A stretch of DNA of 64,000 bases from Syntrophales bacterium (lineage in GTDB: Bacteria > Desulfobacterota > Syntrophia > Syntrophales > PHBD01), in contig OY764159.1 in the NCBI GenBank assembly GCA_963668175.1, forward strand, positions 1,888,001 through 1,952,000, written 5' to 3'. Position 1 is the first letter of the stretch; each line of letters starts with the position of its first letter. Below are positions 30,469-40,710 of this stretch, one piece after another. Position numbers and translations under genes: made by a program. The notes beneath the pieces are model-generated. The model had not been told where the DNA came from. It made no database searches and saw only the letters and a program-made list of their open reading frames with translations.

Positions 30469-31617
30469 TCATCGTCGGCGCGTATCGGAAACCGTCAATC
30501 TTTCCCGTCCGCCGGGTAGAAATCCGAGCCAGGCGAGGTAGCCGAGCGTCAACGCCAGGGCGCATCCGGCGAGCGTCGCCACCAGCCGGTCCATGACGAC
30601 TGCGACTGACAGCGCCTGCCCGTAATCGAGCAGCAGGATGACGAGGGGCGTCATCACGGCGGCGTAGACGGTGTAATTCGCTTCCCGGAGCAGGGGCCGG
30701 AGCGCCGCGAGGACGGCGATCGTCGCGATCAGTCCCCATGCGGAGGGTGCGGCGAACATGAGCGCCCCGCACAGGAGAACGCCGCCGACGGTGCCGCCGG
30801 CGCGCTCCAGGGCGCGGGGCAGGGCTGCCGAAAGGTTGCGGTGCACGACGATGGCGACGGTAATCGCGATCCAGTAGCCGTGGCCGTAGGGCCACACGAG
30901 GACCAATGCCTCCGCGGCGGCCAGGCACAGGACGATGCGCAGTGTGTACTGCCAGCCGGAAAATTGGGCAAAGGAGCGGCGCCACCGCGCTATGAGCTGC
31001 TTCATGGTGTATCGCGGGGGTGCTGCTGCTGCCGGCGGATTCGCCGGGGAAGGCATGAACGCCTGGAAGATCGGCCGGAGGGAGAGGGAGAGAAACGCCG
31101 TCCAGGCGGCCCCGGCGAGAAAGACAAATGTCTTTGCCGCGGGATGGATCTCACCTGCTCCGAGATGGGCGGCGATGACGGTAAAGAGGATGAATTGCAC
31201 GGCGGCCCGTGCCAGGGGGCGGCTCAATCCGCCGAGAAGCCCGGCGGCCCCGGCGATCACCGGTACGGCCAGGGCGGCCGCAGGGCCCCGGCCCGCGAGC
31301 ATCGAGCCCGTCAGCATGGCCGTACTCGTCGCCGCCAGCGCATAGGCCAGGCCGGGAAACTGCGCGCGGAAGGTATCGCCTTCGCCGTCGCCGCTCAGGG
31401 CCAAGGCTCCGAGGGATGCAAGCACCCCGATCTGCCCGTGGCCCGTCGCCGCGCCCGCGGCCACCGGGACGGCCATACCGAGCATGGCCGCCGCCGCGTG
31501 GGACATGCGGGAAGCCTTGATCCCCGTAAAACCCTTCATGGACGATGCCCCGCCGAACATCGGCGGTGCCGGGGACGCTGTTTCCCCCGCTTTTTCGGTT
31601 TGCATGTCAGGTCCCAT
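30469..31617 (-). CDS. FUSC-family membrane protein
   Basis: HGYWIAIT, RALERAGGTVGG, DRLVATLAG. Confidence 0.8.
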   Translation of the reverse strand: MGPDMQTEKAGETASPAPPMFGGASSMKGFTGIKASRMSHAAAAMLGMAVPVAAGAATGHGQIGVLASLGALALSGDGEGDTFRAQFPGLAYALAATSTAMLTGSMLAGRGPAAALAVPVIAGAAGLLGGLSRPLARAAVQFILFTVIAAHLGAGEIHPAAKTFVFLAGAAWTAFLSLSLRPIFQAFMPSPANPPAAAAPPRYTMKQLIARWRRSFAQFSGWQYTLRIVLCLAAAEALVLVWPYGHGYWIAITVAIVVHRNLSAALPRALERAGGTVGGVLLCGALMFAAPSAWGLIATIAVLAALRPLLREANYTVYAAVMTPLVILLLDYGQALSVAVVMDRLVATLAGCALALTLGYLAWLGFLPGGRERLTVSDTRRR

Positions 31618-31682
31618 GGCTTGTCTTCAGAATGCCCTCGTCTTCCGCGAACCCCCTGCCGGCATGTCGAAATGATATGCGA

Positions 31683-33197
31683 TCAATGGAAGCCGTTTTC
31701 AAAGGCGACGAATGCCCGCTCCAGGGCTGCTTCCTCGCGGAGCTTCTCCGACTTGTCCATCAGGGCTTTCGCTGCGCCGCCGGGCTGCCACCCGGCCTCC
31801 CGGATGCGTGCAAACTCCGGCCGCAACGCCGCGTAATCGCCGCCGATATAGAGGCTTTCGCCGGGCAGGAAGGCGTATTCGATGCTGTTGCGGGCGATGT
31901 CCTTAAGCTGCGGATAGGGGATGTGGAAGGTCCGTACAGCCTTCACGAACTCCATGGTCAGGTTGCTGCGGTTGACCCCCTCGTCGTCGGTGTTGAGGGT
32001 GAAGGGCACTCGTGCGTTGAGATAGAGGGGCAGCGGATGCCTGTCGCCCGCGACCTTCAGGATGCCCTCGTTGCTCGTCAGGCATATCTCCACGGCGATG
32101 CCTTCCCGGCGCATTTTGGCGAGCAACTCCGCCGCGTTGTCCTCCCAGGCGACCGAGACGCCATGGCCGATGCGCCTGGCGTGGCCGGTCTCGATGCTCT
32201 TTCTGATGCGATAGTTCATCACCTCCACGGGCGAATATTCGAGCGTCAGCTCCCCGGCGTGGAGGGAGACGTTGGGTTTGCCCAGGCGCTGCCAGAGAAA
32301 GTCGATCATCTTCATCTGGGTGTCGAAGTTCCGCCGGGCGTAGTAGTCGTCTTCCGGCGCGACGATATTGATGCCCACGACGCGCCTGTCGTTCCTCATG
32401 ATCGCCATGCCGCAGGCGATTGCGGCGAAGAAGGCGTCCGTCGTTTTTCCCGTGCGCGACGTGCTGAAGATGTAACGGATCTTGATCGGTGTGCTGTTCG
32501 TGATCGGGCGGGGCACGCCGGCGAGATCGGCGACCTCCCTGTCCATCTTGTCGAGAAAGGCCCGGGAGGCGCTCAGGACCGCCGGGAAGCGCTTCTCCAT
32601 CTCTTTCAGGGCCAGGGTCCAGTCGCCGTCCTTGATCGTGAAACCCTTCTGGGCCTCTTTGATGACGGCGCTCGGTGCTACGGCGGCCATCAGTTCGAGG
32701 TACTGGACGTTCTGGCCCCGGGCGCGCGTTACGATCTCGGCAAGGATCCGGGCGTAGTCGATCTGGTTGAAGGCGGCGTCGAATTTGCCGAAGGAGTCGA
32801 AGAAGTGGTCGTGGCCGCTGACGCCGGGCTCGCCGCCCCGCATGCTGGCCGCGTCCAGGAATTTCCGCATCAGTTTCGTGTCTTCTTTGAGTCTGCTTGC
32901 CGGTACGGTTCCCTCGGTTTTCGTCGTGAAGGCGCCGGTCGTCAGGTCCGCGTTCAGGTTCGCCGCCACGGCGGCGTCGAGCATGGATTCGGCGAAGACC
33001 GCCCCCGTCGCGTGGCTGTGGAGGTCCGCCCCCTTGGGCATTCCCCGCAGGAAGGCGATGAGCATGGGCTCGTTGGCCTTCGCGCTCTCGAACGCCCTGA
33101 TCGCCGCCGCCTCGTCCGCCAGTGCCGCAAGCGGCAGCAGCATCAAGGCCAGTACCAACGCCGCCGCCAGGCCTTTGATCCTCAGCGCTGTCTTCAT
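31683..33197 (-). CDS. Exported adenosine deaminase-family protein
   Basis: Signal peptide; MPKGADLHSH, LHAGE, RIGHG, NTDDEG. Confidence 0.85.
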   Translation of the reverse strand: MKTALRIKGLAAALVLALMLLPLAALADEAAAIRAFESAKANEPMLIAFLRGMPKGADLHSHATGAVFAESMLDAAVAANLNADLTTGAFTTKTEGTVPASRLKEDTKLMRKFLDAASMRGGEPGVSGHDHFFDSFGKFDAAFNQIDYARILAEIVTRARGQNVQYLELMAAVAPSAVIKEAQKGFTIKDGDWTLALKEMEKRFPAVLSASRAFLDKMDREVADLAGVPRPITNSTPIKIRYIFSTSRTGKTTDAFFAAIACGMAIMRNDRRVVGINIVAPEDDYYARRNFDTQMKMIDFLWQRLGKPNVSLHAGELTLEYSPVEVMNYRIRKSIETGHARRIGHGVSVAWEDNAAELLAKMRREGIAVEICLTSNEGILKVAGDRHPLPLYLNARVPFTLNTDDEGVNRSNLTMEFVKAVRTFHIPYPQLKDIARNSIEYAFLPGESLYIGGDYAALRPEFARIREAGWQPGGAAKALMDKSEKLREEAALERAFVAFENGFH

Positions 33198-33655
33198 TCT
33201 GCGATTCCTCCTCGTGAATGTTTCCGTCCGGACGGCATCCGGCGATTCCCGTATATCATATCCATGTTAAATTCTACTTGGGCAAATTACATCAAAAGAA
33301 CGTCCGGGCATAGTAATATTTGCTTCGTATCCATTGAATTTTTAACCTTGTCTTCATTACGGGCAGATGAGGCGCTGCGGAGCGGCCTGTTCCGGCTTTT
33401 TTCTCCGTGAAGCGGTCGAGGCGCGCTGCCGGCCAATGGCCGCTAAATCGTTATTGAGATATGAATTCAAAAAGTTATCTTTCGATATGGTTATTGTTTT
33501 CTCCCCGGTTGTTCGAAAAAATGACCATTGACATTAGTCCTACAAAAAAGTATACAATATGGTAACCGTATTGAAGTAGACAATGCCTCGATGGGCGGCA
33601 CGCGGTTAGATGTCTGAGGCCCGGACAAGGGCCGGAAATGAGGACCATCATCGGA

Positions 33656-33820
33656 ATGAATACGAACCAGAGAACTTTGTCCCTGAAATTCACCGCCGCC
33701 CTGGCGGTTCTCCTCCTGGCCGCCTGCGCCTGCCAGGCGGATTCGCTCCGCGCGACGCCCGCCGATCCCGGCGGCAGGAGCCGCCGGCTGCGTGGTGACG
33801 GCCGTCTTCGAACCTGCTGA
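33656..33820 (+). other. Short ORF with a lipoprotein-like signal, possibly a gene remnant
   Basis: MNTNQRTLSLKFTAALAVLLLAAC; only 54 aa; AT-rich region upstream. Confidence 0.25.
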
Positions 33821-34185
33821 ACAGAAGAAACAAATCCCTGAAATGTGACCGATCATGCGGGAGCGTCCCCTCGCGCGTGCCGTTGCCGGAGTGATGCAAG
33901 GCTCGCCGGCACTGCTGCCGCGACGCTCCCCGCATCAGGTAAGGCCTGTCGGGGTGCGGAACGGCATCCCCGGAAGTGTCCATGGCGCGCAAACGCTGCT
34001 GCGGGACCGTTGAGGACGCCTAAAGGCCGTCGTCGACAAATGGAGGCCGACCTTCAAAGCGGCTATAGAGCGTGCTGAATAAGATAGGGCGGGAAAAGGG
34101 CGGGCCGGACTGCGCAGGCGGGCGCCTGCGGCCTGTAGGGTTTGCCTTGCGGCGCATTTGCCGGGGAAAAACGCCCGCGCCGCTG

Positions 34186-35553
34186 TCACCTGAGGCCGTA
34201 TTTCCTGAGACGGTAGAGGAGCATGGCCCTCGTGATGCCGAGGAGCCGGGCCGCCTTCGTCTTGTTGCCTCCCGATTCCTGCATGGCCTGCACGACGAAA
34301 TTCCGGTTGATGACCGAAAGATCGACGCCTTCCCCGATGGGCTGGACCCTCTCGGAGCCGGGCCGGAGTTCCGGCGGCGCGCTCTGGAGGAACCAGAGAT
34401 GGCCGGGCAGGATCAGGTTCTCGTTTTCCATGAGGACGATGCGCTCGACGGCATTCTGCAGTTCCCGGACGTTCCCGCCCCAGTGGTAGTTCAGGAATAT
34501 CTCCTCCGCCTCCGGGGCGACGCCCTGGAATTTCTTGCCGAACTTGGCATTGAATTTTTCGAGGAACAGGCCGATCAGGGGCATGATGTCGTCTCTGCGC
34601 TGCCGCAGCGGCGGCAGCTTGATCTTCGCCACGTTGAGCCTGTAGAACAGGTCCTCCCGGAAGGTCTTCTCCTCGATGCATTCCGCCAGCGGCCGGTTCG
34701 TCGCGGCGATGATGCGGACGTCCACCTTGATCTTTTCCGTCCCGCCGACGCGGTAGAACTCCTTCTCTTCGAGGAACCTAAGCAGCTTGACCTGGGCCGG
34801 CGGGGCCAGTTCGCTGATCTCGTCGAGGAAAAGCGTGCCGCCGTCCGCCATTTCGCATTTCCCCTTCTTGCCTTCCCGGAGGCCGCCGGTGAACGTTCCC
34901 TGCTCGTAGCCGAAGAGTTCGCTTTCGACCAGGTCGCGGGCGATGGCGCCGCAGTTGATGCCGACGAAGGGCATGTTGCAGCGGTCGCTCCCGTAATGGA
35001 TGACCTTGGCGATCACTTCCTTGCCCGTCCCTGTTTCGCCTTCCAGAAGGACCGTCGTGTCGAAGCTGCCCGCCACGATGCCGGCCATCTTCAGGGCGGC
35101 CTTCATGCCGTCGCTCCGGCCGATGATGTTGTCGAGGTTGAATTCGCGGTATTTCTGCTCCCGGAGCTCTTCCAACTCCCGCTTGAGCTTCAGGTTCTCC
35201 AGGGCCTTGTCGATGATGACGTCCAACTCCTCGATGTCGAGCGGCTTGACGAGATAGTCGAAGGCGCCCATCTTCATGGCTGTCACCACCGATTTCACGT
35301 CTTCGTAGGCGGTCATCATGATGACCGCGACCTCGATGCCCGACGCGCGGATCTGCCGGAGCGTTTCGATGCCGTCGATGCCCGGGAGCTTGATGTCCAG
35401 GAGGACCAGGTCGGCGGGATGCTTTTTCAGGTACTGGACGGCCCGCTCTCCCGTGGGGGCGATGACCGTTTCGAACTTCTCCGACAGGATGTCCTCCAAA
35501 GATTCCTGAAGGAGCCTGTCGTCGTCGGTGATGAGGATCTTATACCGGTACAT
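34186..35553 (-). CDS. Sigma-54-dependent response regulator (NtrC/AtoC family)
   Basis: REC (DDD, LLDIKLP, KP); GETGTGKE; ESELFG; GTFTGG; FREDLFYRL; Fis-type HTH. Confidence 0.95.
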   Translation of the reverse strand: MYRYKILITDDDRLLQESLEDILSEKFETVIAPTGERAVQYLKKHPADLVLLDIKLPGIDGIETLRQIRASGIEVAVIMMTAYEDVKSVVTAMKMGAFDYLVKPLDIEELDVIIDKALENLKLKRELEELREQKYREFNLDNIIGRSDGMKAALKMAGIVAGSFDTTVLLEGETGTGKEVIAKVIHYGSDRCNMPFVGINCGAIARDLVESELFGYEQGTFTGGLREGKKGKCEMADGGTLFLDEISELAPPAQVKLLRFLEEKEFYRVGGTEKIKVDVRIIAATNRPLAECIEEKTFREDLFYRLNVAKIKLPPLRQRRDDIMPLIGLFLEKFNAKFGKKFQGVAPEAEEIFLNYHWGGNVRELQNAVERIVLMENENLILPGHLWFLQSAPPELRPGSERVQPIGEGVDLSVINRNFVVQAMQESGGNKTKAARLLGITRAMLLYRLRKYGLR

Positions 35554-37207
35554 GGGTGCCTGCCGTTTCTTCGATGGGAAATCTCAGGAAGAAACAGGTC
35601 CCCGTGCCTTCCCTGCTCTTGACGTCGATCAGCGCATTGTGCTGCTGGACGATCTTGTGAGCGATGGAAAGCCCCAGGCCCGTTCCTTCCGGTTTGGTCG
35701 TGAAGAAGGGGTCGAAAATGAGCTTCAGGTTTTCGTGGGGGATGCCGATGCCGTTGTCCTTGACGACAAGCAGGAGCCACCGGGAGCCTACCTCCGCATT
35801 ATTCTCCTCCACGCGGGTGATGATCGTGATCACTCCGCCCCTGGGCATGGCCTCCGCCGCGTTGAGGAGGAGATTGACGAGGACCGTCCGGATCTGGTGA
35901 GGATCGAAATAGATGTCCGGAATGCCGTCGCTGAACTTGTTCTTGACCGCGATCCGCCGCGCCTTCAGCTGCCGTTCGACCAGCTTGAGGGAATCGGCCA
36001 CGATATGGTGGATGTTCCCGTAAGACATCGCCGGGCTGATGTTCTTGGAAAAATCGAGGGTGTTCCGGATGACGGTCTTGATGCGGTCGATGCCTTCCTG
36101 GGTATTGGTCAGGACGCGTTTCCTGCCCGGATCGTCCGGCAGCGTCTTGGCAAGCCTCTGGATGTTGAAATTGATGCTGGCGAGGGGGTTCCTGATTTCG
36201 TGGGCGATGCTGGCCGACATCTGCCCCAGGGAGGAGAGCTTGTCCACCCGCTGGAGCATCATCTCGGTGCGTTTGATCTCCGTCAGGTCCTGGATCGTCA
36301 TGATCGCCCCCGTCATCGCGCCGTCGTGGCCCTTCGTAACGGAGAAGTTCACCCCGTAGATGTCCGCCGTCTTGTCTTTCCTGCTCGTGGCGATCTCGGC
36401 GTACTGGGTGGCCTTCTGGCTGACGATGAAGTCGTCCAGAAGCTCGACGACGTCCTTCCTGAAGACTTCGGAAACGGACCGGCCCAGGATCTTCTTTCTT
36501 TTGAGTTTCAGGATCTTTTCCGCCGGCCCGTTGACGGAACGGACCTTCCTGTGCCTGTCGACGGCGATGATCCCGTTGGGGACGCTTTCCAGAATGTTTT
36601 CGGCGATGTTTCTCTCCGCGAGGACCTGTTCGTAAAGCCGGGCGTTCTCCAGGATGATGCTCGCCTGGTTGGCGAAGGCCGTGAAGAGCTTGATGTCGCT
36701 CGCCGAGAGATTCATCTCCTGGTCGATCCTGTCCCCTTCGATGACGCCGATTACCTCCCGGTTGATCTTGAGGGGCACGGTGATCGTGGAGACCCTCTTC
36801 CATATCTTCTCCATCTTCCGGTCGTATTCCGTCAGGTTGGGGTCGTTCGGGACGTCCCGCGTATAGCGCGCTTTCCCCGAACGGGCCGTCATCGTCTCCC
36901 GGCATATCTGCGTCTTCATCCGGAGGGGGTGCGCCAGCGCGTGGGCCGATTCGGTCGGCGTGAAGCCGATGCAGTACCTGGCTTCCAGTTTCTCTTCCGC
37001 CTTATTGATCTGGAGGATGACGCCCCGGGAAAACCCGAATATTTTCTGGGATTCGTGAAGGATGGCCTGGAGGATCTTGTCGCGGTTGGCAGGACGGTTG
37101 AGCAGCCGGCTGATTTGATAAATGGAGGCCAGGATCCTCCCTTTCTTGTCCAGCTCGTCCCGGTCGCGCTCGATTTTCTTTAGAAGCTTGTCCGTGCTTG
37201 GTCTCAT
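35540..37207 (-). CDS. GAF-PAS sensor histidine kinase
   Basis: AHEIRNPL, NLLLNA, DNGIGI, FDPFFTTK, GTGLGL. Confidence 0.92.
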   Translation of the reverse strand: MRPSTDKLLKKIERDRDELDKKGRILASIYQISRLLNRPANRDKILQAILHESQKIFGFSRGVILQINKAEEKLEARYCIGFTPTESAHALAHPLRMKTQICRETMTARSGKARYTRDVPNDPNLTEYDRKMEKIWKRVSTITVPLKINREVIGVIEGDRIDQEMNLSASDIKLFTAFANQASIILENARLYEQVLAERNIAENILESVPNGIIAVDRHRKVRSVNGPAEKILKLKRKKILGRSVSEVFRKDVVELLDDFIVSQKATQYAEIATSRKDKTADIYGVNFSVTKGHDGAMTGAIMTIQDLTEIKRTEMMLQRVDKLSSLGQMSASIAHEIRNPLASINFNIQRLAKTLPDDPGRKRVLTNTQEGIDRIKTVIRNTLDFSKNISPAMSYGNIHHIVADSLKLVERQLKARRIAVKNKFSDGIPDIYFDPHQIRTVLVNLLLNAAEAMPRGGVITIITRVEENNAEVGSRWLLLVVKDNGIGIPHENLKLIFDPFFTTKPEGTGLGLSIAHKIVQQHNALIDVKSREGTGTCFFLRFPIEETAGTHVPV

Positions 37208-37396
37208 GGCTGCCTGCCTTTTCACCGCGGGTTGCGAAGGGTGAGTCCGGGCGGGCGGCGGCGAAAGCCCGCCGCCCGTCCAACCGATCCATACCAGACC
37301 CGCCGTCCAATAGCAAGATCGGGAAGCTAAGTTGCTGAAAAGCTGGAACGGGCTGCAGGCCTTCCTTGCCAATGCATAAATGCCGACGCCGTCCGG

Positions 37397-38611
37397 CTAG
37401 CGCTTCAGATTCTCGACAATGGTCGTGACGCCCTGGCCCCCGCCGCAACACGCCGTCATGACGCCGTAGCGGCCGCCGGTCCGGATAAGATGCTTCATGG
37501 CGAACATGGCGCAACGGGCCCCCGACGCCCCGTTGGCGTGGCCGAAGGCGATGGCCCCGCCCTGGGGGTTCCACTTGTCCATATCGACCTTTTCGCCGGT
37601 TTGTGTCTGGATTTCCTTGATGACGGCCAGGTTCTGGACCGCGAAGGCCTCGTTACACTCGACGACGTCCATGTCGGCAAGCTTCAGCCCCGCCCTCTTC
37701 AGGGCGACAGGCACGCCGTAGGCGGGGGCGATGCCCATGATGGAGGGATCGACGCCGATATCGGAGCCGGCGATCCACTTCGCCAGCGGCTCGTAGCCCC
37801 ATTCCTTCGCCTTGTCCGCGGACATCAGGAGGACGAAGGCGGCGCCGTCGTTGAGTCCGGAGGCGTTGCCCGCCGTCACGGTGCCGTCCTTCTTGAATAC
37901 CGGCGGCAGTTTGGCGAGACTCTCCAGCGGTTCCAGCCGGGGATGCTCGTCCGTCCGGTATTCCAGGGGAGGTTTCTTCTTGCCCTGGGGCACCGGGACC
38001 GTGATGATCTCCTCCTCGAAGTTGCCGGCGTCGATGGCCTTCTTTGCCAGGGTCTGGCTGCGGAAGGCGAACTCGTCCTGCTCCCGCCGTGAAATACCGT
38101 ACTTCTCAGCCAGGTTTTCGGCCGTCAGCCCCATTTCGAAGGGTGCATAGGCCCGGCCTTCCGCCGGTTTCGGCTGAAGCTGGTAGTCGAGAAGCTTGGG
38201 CGGCGAGATGCGGAACGGGGCCGTGCTCGACGAGTATTTGAAGGGGAGCTGGCTGAAGGACTCCATGCCCCCGGCGATGACGGCGTCCGCCGCGCCGCTC
38301 ATGATCTTCCAGGCCGCATGGTTGATCGAATCGATCGCCGAGCCGCACTGCATCTCCACGTAGGATGCCGACGTGCTCAGGGGAAGCCCGGCGTTGAGCA
38401 CGATCCAGCGCGCGGGATTGATGGCGTTGGCCACGTGGAACGCCGTGCCGCAGAAGACCGAGTCCAGATGTCCGCGCTCGCAGATCTTCGTCTTTTCCAC
38501 AATGGCTTTGAGGGCTATACTGCCCAGCTGTTCCGCCGTGAAATCCTTGAGCGATCCGCCCAGCCTGCCGAAGGCGGTCCGCACACCCTCTACCAATACC
38601 ACTTCTCTCAT
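37397..38611 (-). CDS. Thiolase (acetyl-CoA acyltransferase)
   Basis: QCGS, GGMES, TAGNASGLNDGA, NEAFA, GHANGASG, CCGGG. Confidence 0.95.
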   Translation of the reverse strand: MREVVLVEGVRTAFGRLGGSLKDFTAEQLGSIALKAIVEKTKICERGHLDSVFCGTAFHVANAINPARWIVLNAGLPLSTSASYVEMQCGSAIDSINHAAWKIMSGAADAVIAGGMESFSQLPFKYSSSTAPFRISPPKLLDYQLQPKPAEGRAYAPFEMGLTAENLAEKYGISRREQDEFAFRSQTLAKKAIDAGNFEEEIITVPVPQGKKKPPLEYRTDEHPRLEPLESLAKLPPVFKKDGTVTAGNASGLNDGAAFVLLMSADKAKEWGYEPLAKWIAGSDIGVDPSIMGIAPAYGVPVALKRAGLKLADMDVVECNEAFAVQNLAVIKEIQTQTGEKVDMDKWNPQGGAIAFGHANGASGARCAMFAMKHLIRTGGRYGVMTACCGGGQGVTTIVENLKR

Positions 38612-38724
38612 GGTGCTGCTCCTTTCATTCTCCTTGATTCCCAAGGTCTGTTTGTCGTCTCGCGTTCTGATGGACGCCCGGTCCGCGGCCGGGCTCCTCC
38701 CTCTCCATCCGGGGTTTCCCGGGT

Positions 38725-39582
38725 CTATTTCCCGTCGTACTTGTAGAACCCTTCACCCGTCTTGCGGCCGAGTTTCTTGTCGGCGAGCATCTTGTCGAAG
38801 AGGGGGGACGGTTTGTAGCGCTCCTCGCCGGTCATCTGGTACATGGCCTCGATGGCGAAGGCGCAGACGTCGACGCCCGCCAGGTCGATGATTTCCGTGA
38901 TGCCCATCGGCCAGTTGCAGCCCAGCTTCACGGCCTGATCGATCTCCTGCGCCCCGGCCGAGCCGTTGAGGATCATGTTGGCCGCCTCGTTGTAGAGGAG
39001 GCAGAGGAAGCGGTTGACGATGAAACCGGGGATGTCCTTGACGACGATGGGCGTCTTGCCGAAGGACTTGCAGATCTCCACGGTCTTGCTGACCGTCTCG
39101 TCGCTCGTGAACTCGCCCTGGATGACCTCCACGAGGCGCATCGCCGGAACGGGGCTGAAGTAGTGCGTGCCGATGACCCTGGCGGGATTCTTGGTGGCGG
39201 TGGCCAGCGTCGTGATGGGAAGGGTCGACGTGTTGCTCGCCAGGATGACGGTGGGCGGGCAGAGGGCGTCGATCTTCTGGAATATCTCTTTTTTGAGTTC
39301 GAGCTTTTCAAAGACGGCCTCCACGACCATCAAGGCGCCCTCGACGCCGTTCTTCATGTCCGTCGTGCCCGTGAGGCGCGAGAGGATGTCGTCGCACTGG
39401 TCCTGCTTGAGCTTTCCCTTTTCCACCTTTTTCGCGATAAATTTCCGGATATTGCCGATGCCGCGGTCTACAAAGCTCATTTCCGTGTCCATGAGGGCGA
39501 CCTGATAACCGCCTTCCACGGCGATCTGGGCTATGCCCGATCCCATGGTTCCTGCGCCGATGACTGCAATCTTGCCTTTCAT
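38725..39582 (-). CDS. hbd: 3-hydroxyacyl/3-hydroxybutyryl-CoA dehydrogenase
   Basis: GAGTMG, VEAVFE, ASNTST, HYFSP, GFIVNR, GRKTGEGFY. Confidence 0.9.
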   Translation of the reverse strand: MKGKIAVIGAGTMGSGIAQIAVEGGYQVALMDTEMSFVDRGIGNIRKFIAKKVEKGKLKQDQCDDILSRLTGTTDMKNGVEGALMVVEAVFEKLELKKEIFQKIDALCPPTVILASNTSTLPITTLATATKNPARVIGTHYFSPVPAMRLVEVIQGEFTSDETVSKTVEICKSFGKTPIVVKDIPGFIVNRFLCLLYNEAANMILNGSAGAQEIDQAVKLGCNWPMGITEIIDLAGVDVCAFAIEAMYQMTGEERYKPSPLFDKMLADKKLGRKTGEGFYKYDGK

Positions 39583-39711
39583 AATGCTCTCCTTCGTATC
39601 GAGTAATTGATATGTACGGCCTGGGACATTCCGCCCCTCTTGGCGACGGTCCGCCGGGCCTTCCACTCCATTTGGTTTGTATTTGCGATTGCGATGATTG
39701 ACCGATGCCAG

Positions 39712-39930
39712 TGCATGAAGGATGCCAATACGATGGCGGCTTCTAACATGTTAAAATAATGAAGATAAAATTTTGAGGTGCCGTGGCCGGCCGCAGAGAT
39801 GGAGAATTTTCTACAGTTCCTAGCAGAGGCAAATCATTCGACAATTTTGCCATGCCCCCATAAAGAGGTTATGAAATTAATACCTTATGATTTGTACATC
39901 CTTTCCTGTAGTACTGTATAAAATTCTACA
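39712..39930 (-). promoter_or_regulatory. Sigma-54 promoter plus two palindromic activator sites for the hbd-thiolase operon
   Basis: Minus-strand TTGGCATCCTTCATGCA (39728-39712); TGGAGAATTTTCTACA (39800-39815) and TGTATAAAATTCTACA (39915-39930). Confidence 0.6.
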
Positions 39931-40004
39931 ACTCCGGAGAACGCGGCTGCCGGCACGGTCCGGCCGCTGTATGCTGTATCCGGTGTGAACACCGCAGCCT
40001 GCCG

Positions 40005-40033
40005 TTGACACCGGGCAACGCCCTGCTTAAATT
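40005..40033 (+). promoter_or_regulatory. Sigma-70-like promoter
   Basis: TTGACA-17-TAAATT. Confidence 0.55.
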
Positions 40034-40077
40034 ATAGCGGACGGTGGGTAAATCGTTGTGCGAAAGGAGGAGGCAAT

Positions 40078-40635
40078 ATGACCAGGAGGATTGCTGTATT
40101 GGTAGGAAGTCTGCGCAAGGAATCCTTCAATAGGAAAATGGCGAATGCCTTGAAAGCGTTAGCGCCGGAGACGTTGCATCTGGATATCGTAGAAATCGGC
40201 GGCCTGCCCCTCTATAATCAGGATCATGACGACGAGGGAAAGCCTTTGGCGGCGTGGGTCGAATTCCGGAATAGGGTGAAGGGGTTCGACGGCGTCCTTT
40301 TCGTCACGCCCGAATACAACCGGTCGGTCCCCGCCGTACTGAAGAACGCCATCGACGTGGGTTCGAGGCCGTACGGTCAGAGCGTCTGGGCGGGCAAGCC
40401 CGGCGCGGTCGTCAGCGTATCGCCCGGCAACATCGGCGCTTTCGGCGCGAACCATCATCTCCGGCAGTCGCTCGTCTTTCTGGACGTTCCCGCCATGCAT
40501 CAGCCAGAGGCGTACATCGGCAATGCCGCCCGCCTGTTCGACGCCTCCGGCAACCTGACGGACGACGCCACCCGCGGCTTCCTCAAGGGATTCATGAAGG
40601 CCTTTGCGGTCTGGGTCGAGAAGAATGTATCCTAG
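40078..40635 (+). CDS. NADPH-dependent FMN/chromate/quinone reductase (ChrR-like)
   Basis: GSLRKESFN; TPEYNRSVPAVLKNAID. Confidence 0.9.
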   Translation: MTRRIAVLVGSLRKESFNRKMANALKALAPETLHLDIVEIGGLPLYNQDHDDEGKPLAAWVEFRNRVKGFDGVLFVTPEYNRSVPAVLKNAIDVGSRPYGQSVWAGKPGAVVSVSPGNIGAFGANHHLRQSLVFLDVPAMHQPEAYIGNAARLFDASGNLTDDATRGFLKGFMKAFAVWVEKNVS

Positions 40636-40710
40636 TGACGACGCCGCCCGCGGGCAACGTGCCGGCCGCTTGCAGCTTCGACCACAGCCGCCGGTCGGAC
40701 CGAAAGGGGG

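Noticed and set aside
16425..37183. Long antisense ORFs (e.g. 16425-18287, 28870-30519, 31545-33410, 34072-35622, 35528-37183)
   Set aside because: They mirror well-supported genes on the opposite strand, lack motifs, and are expected in high-GC coding DNA.
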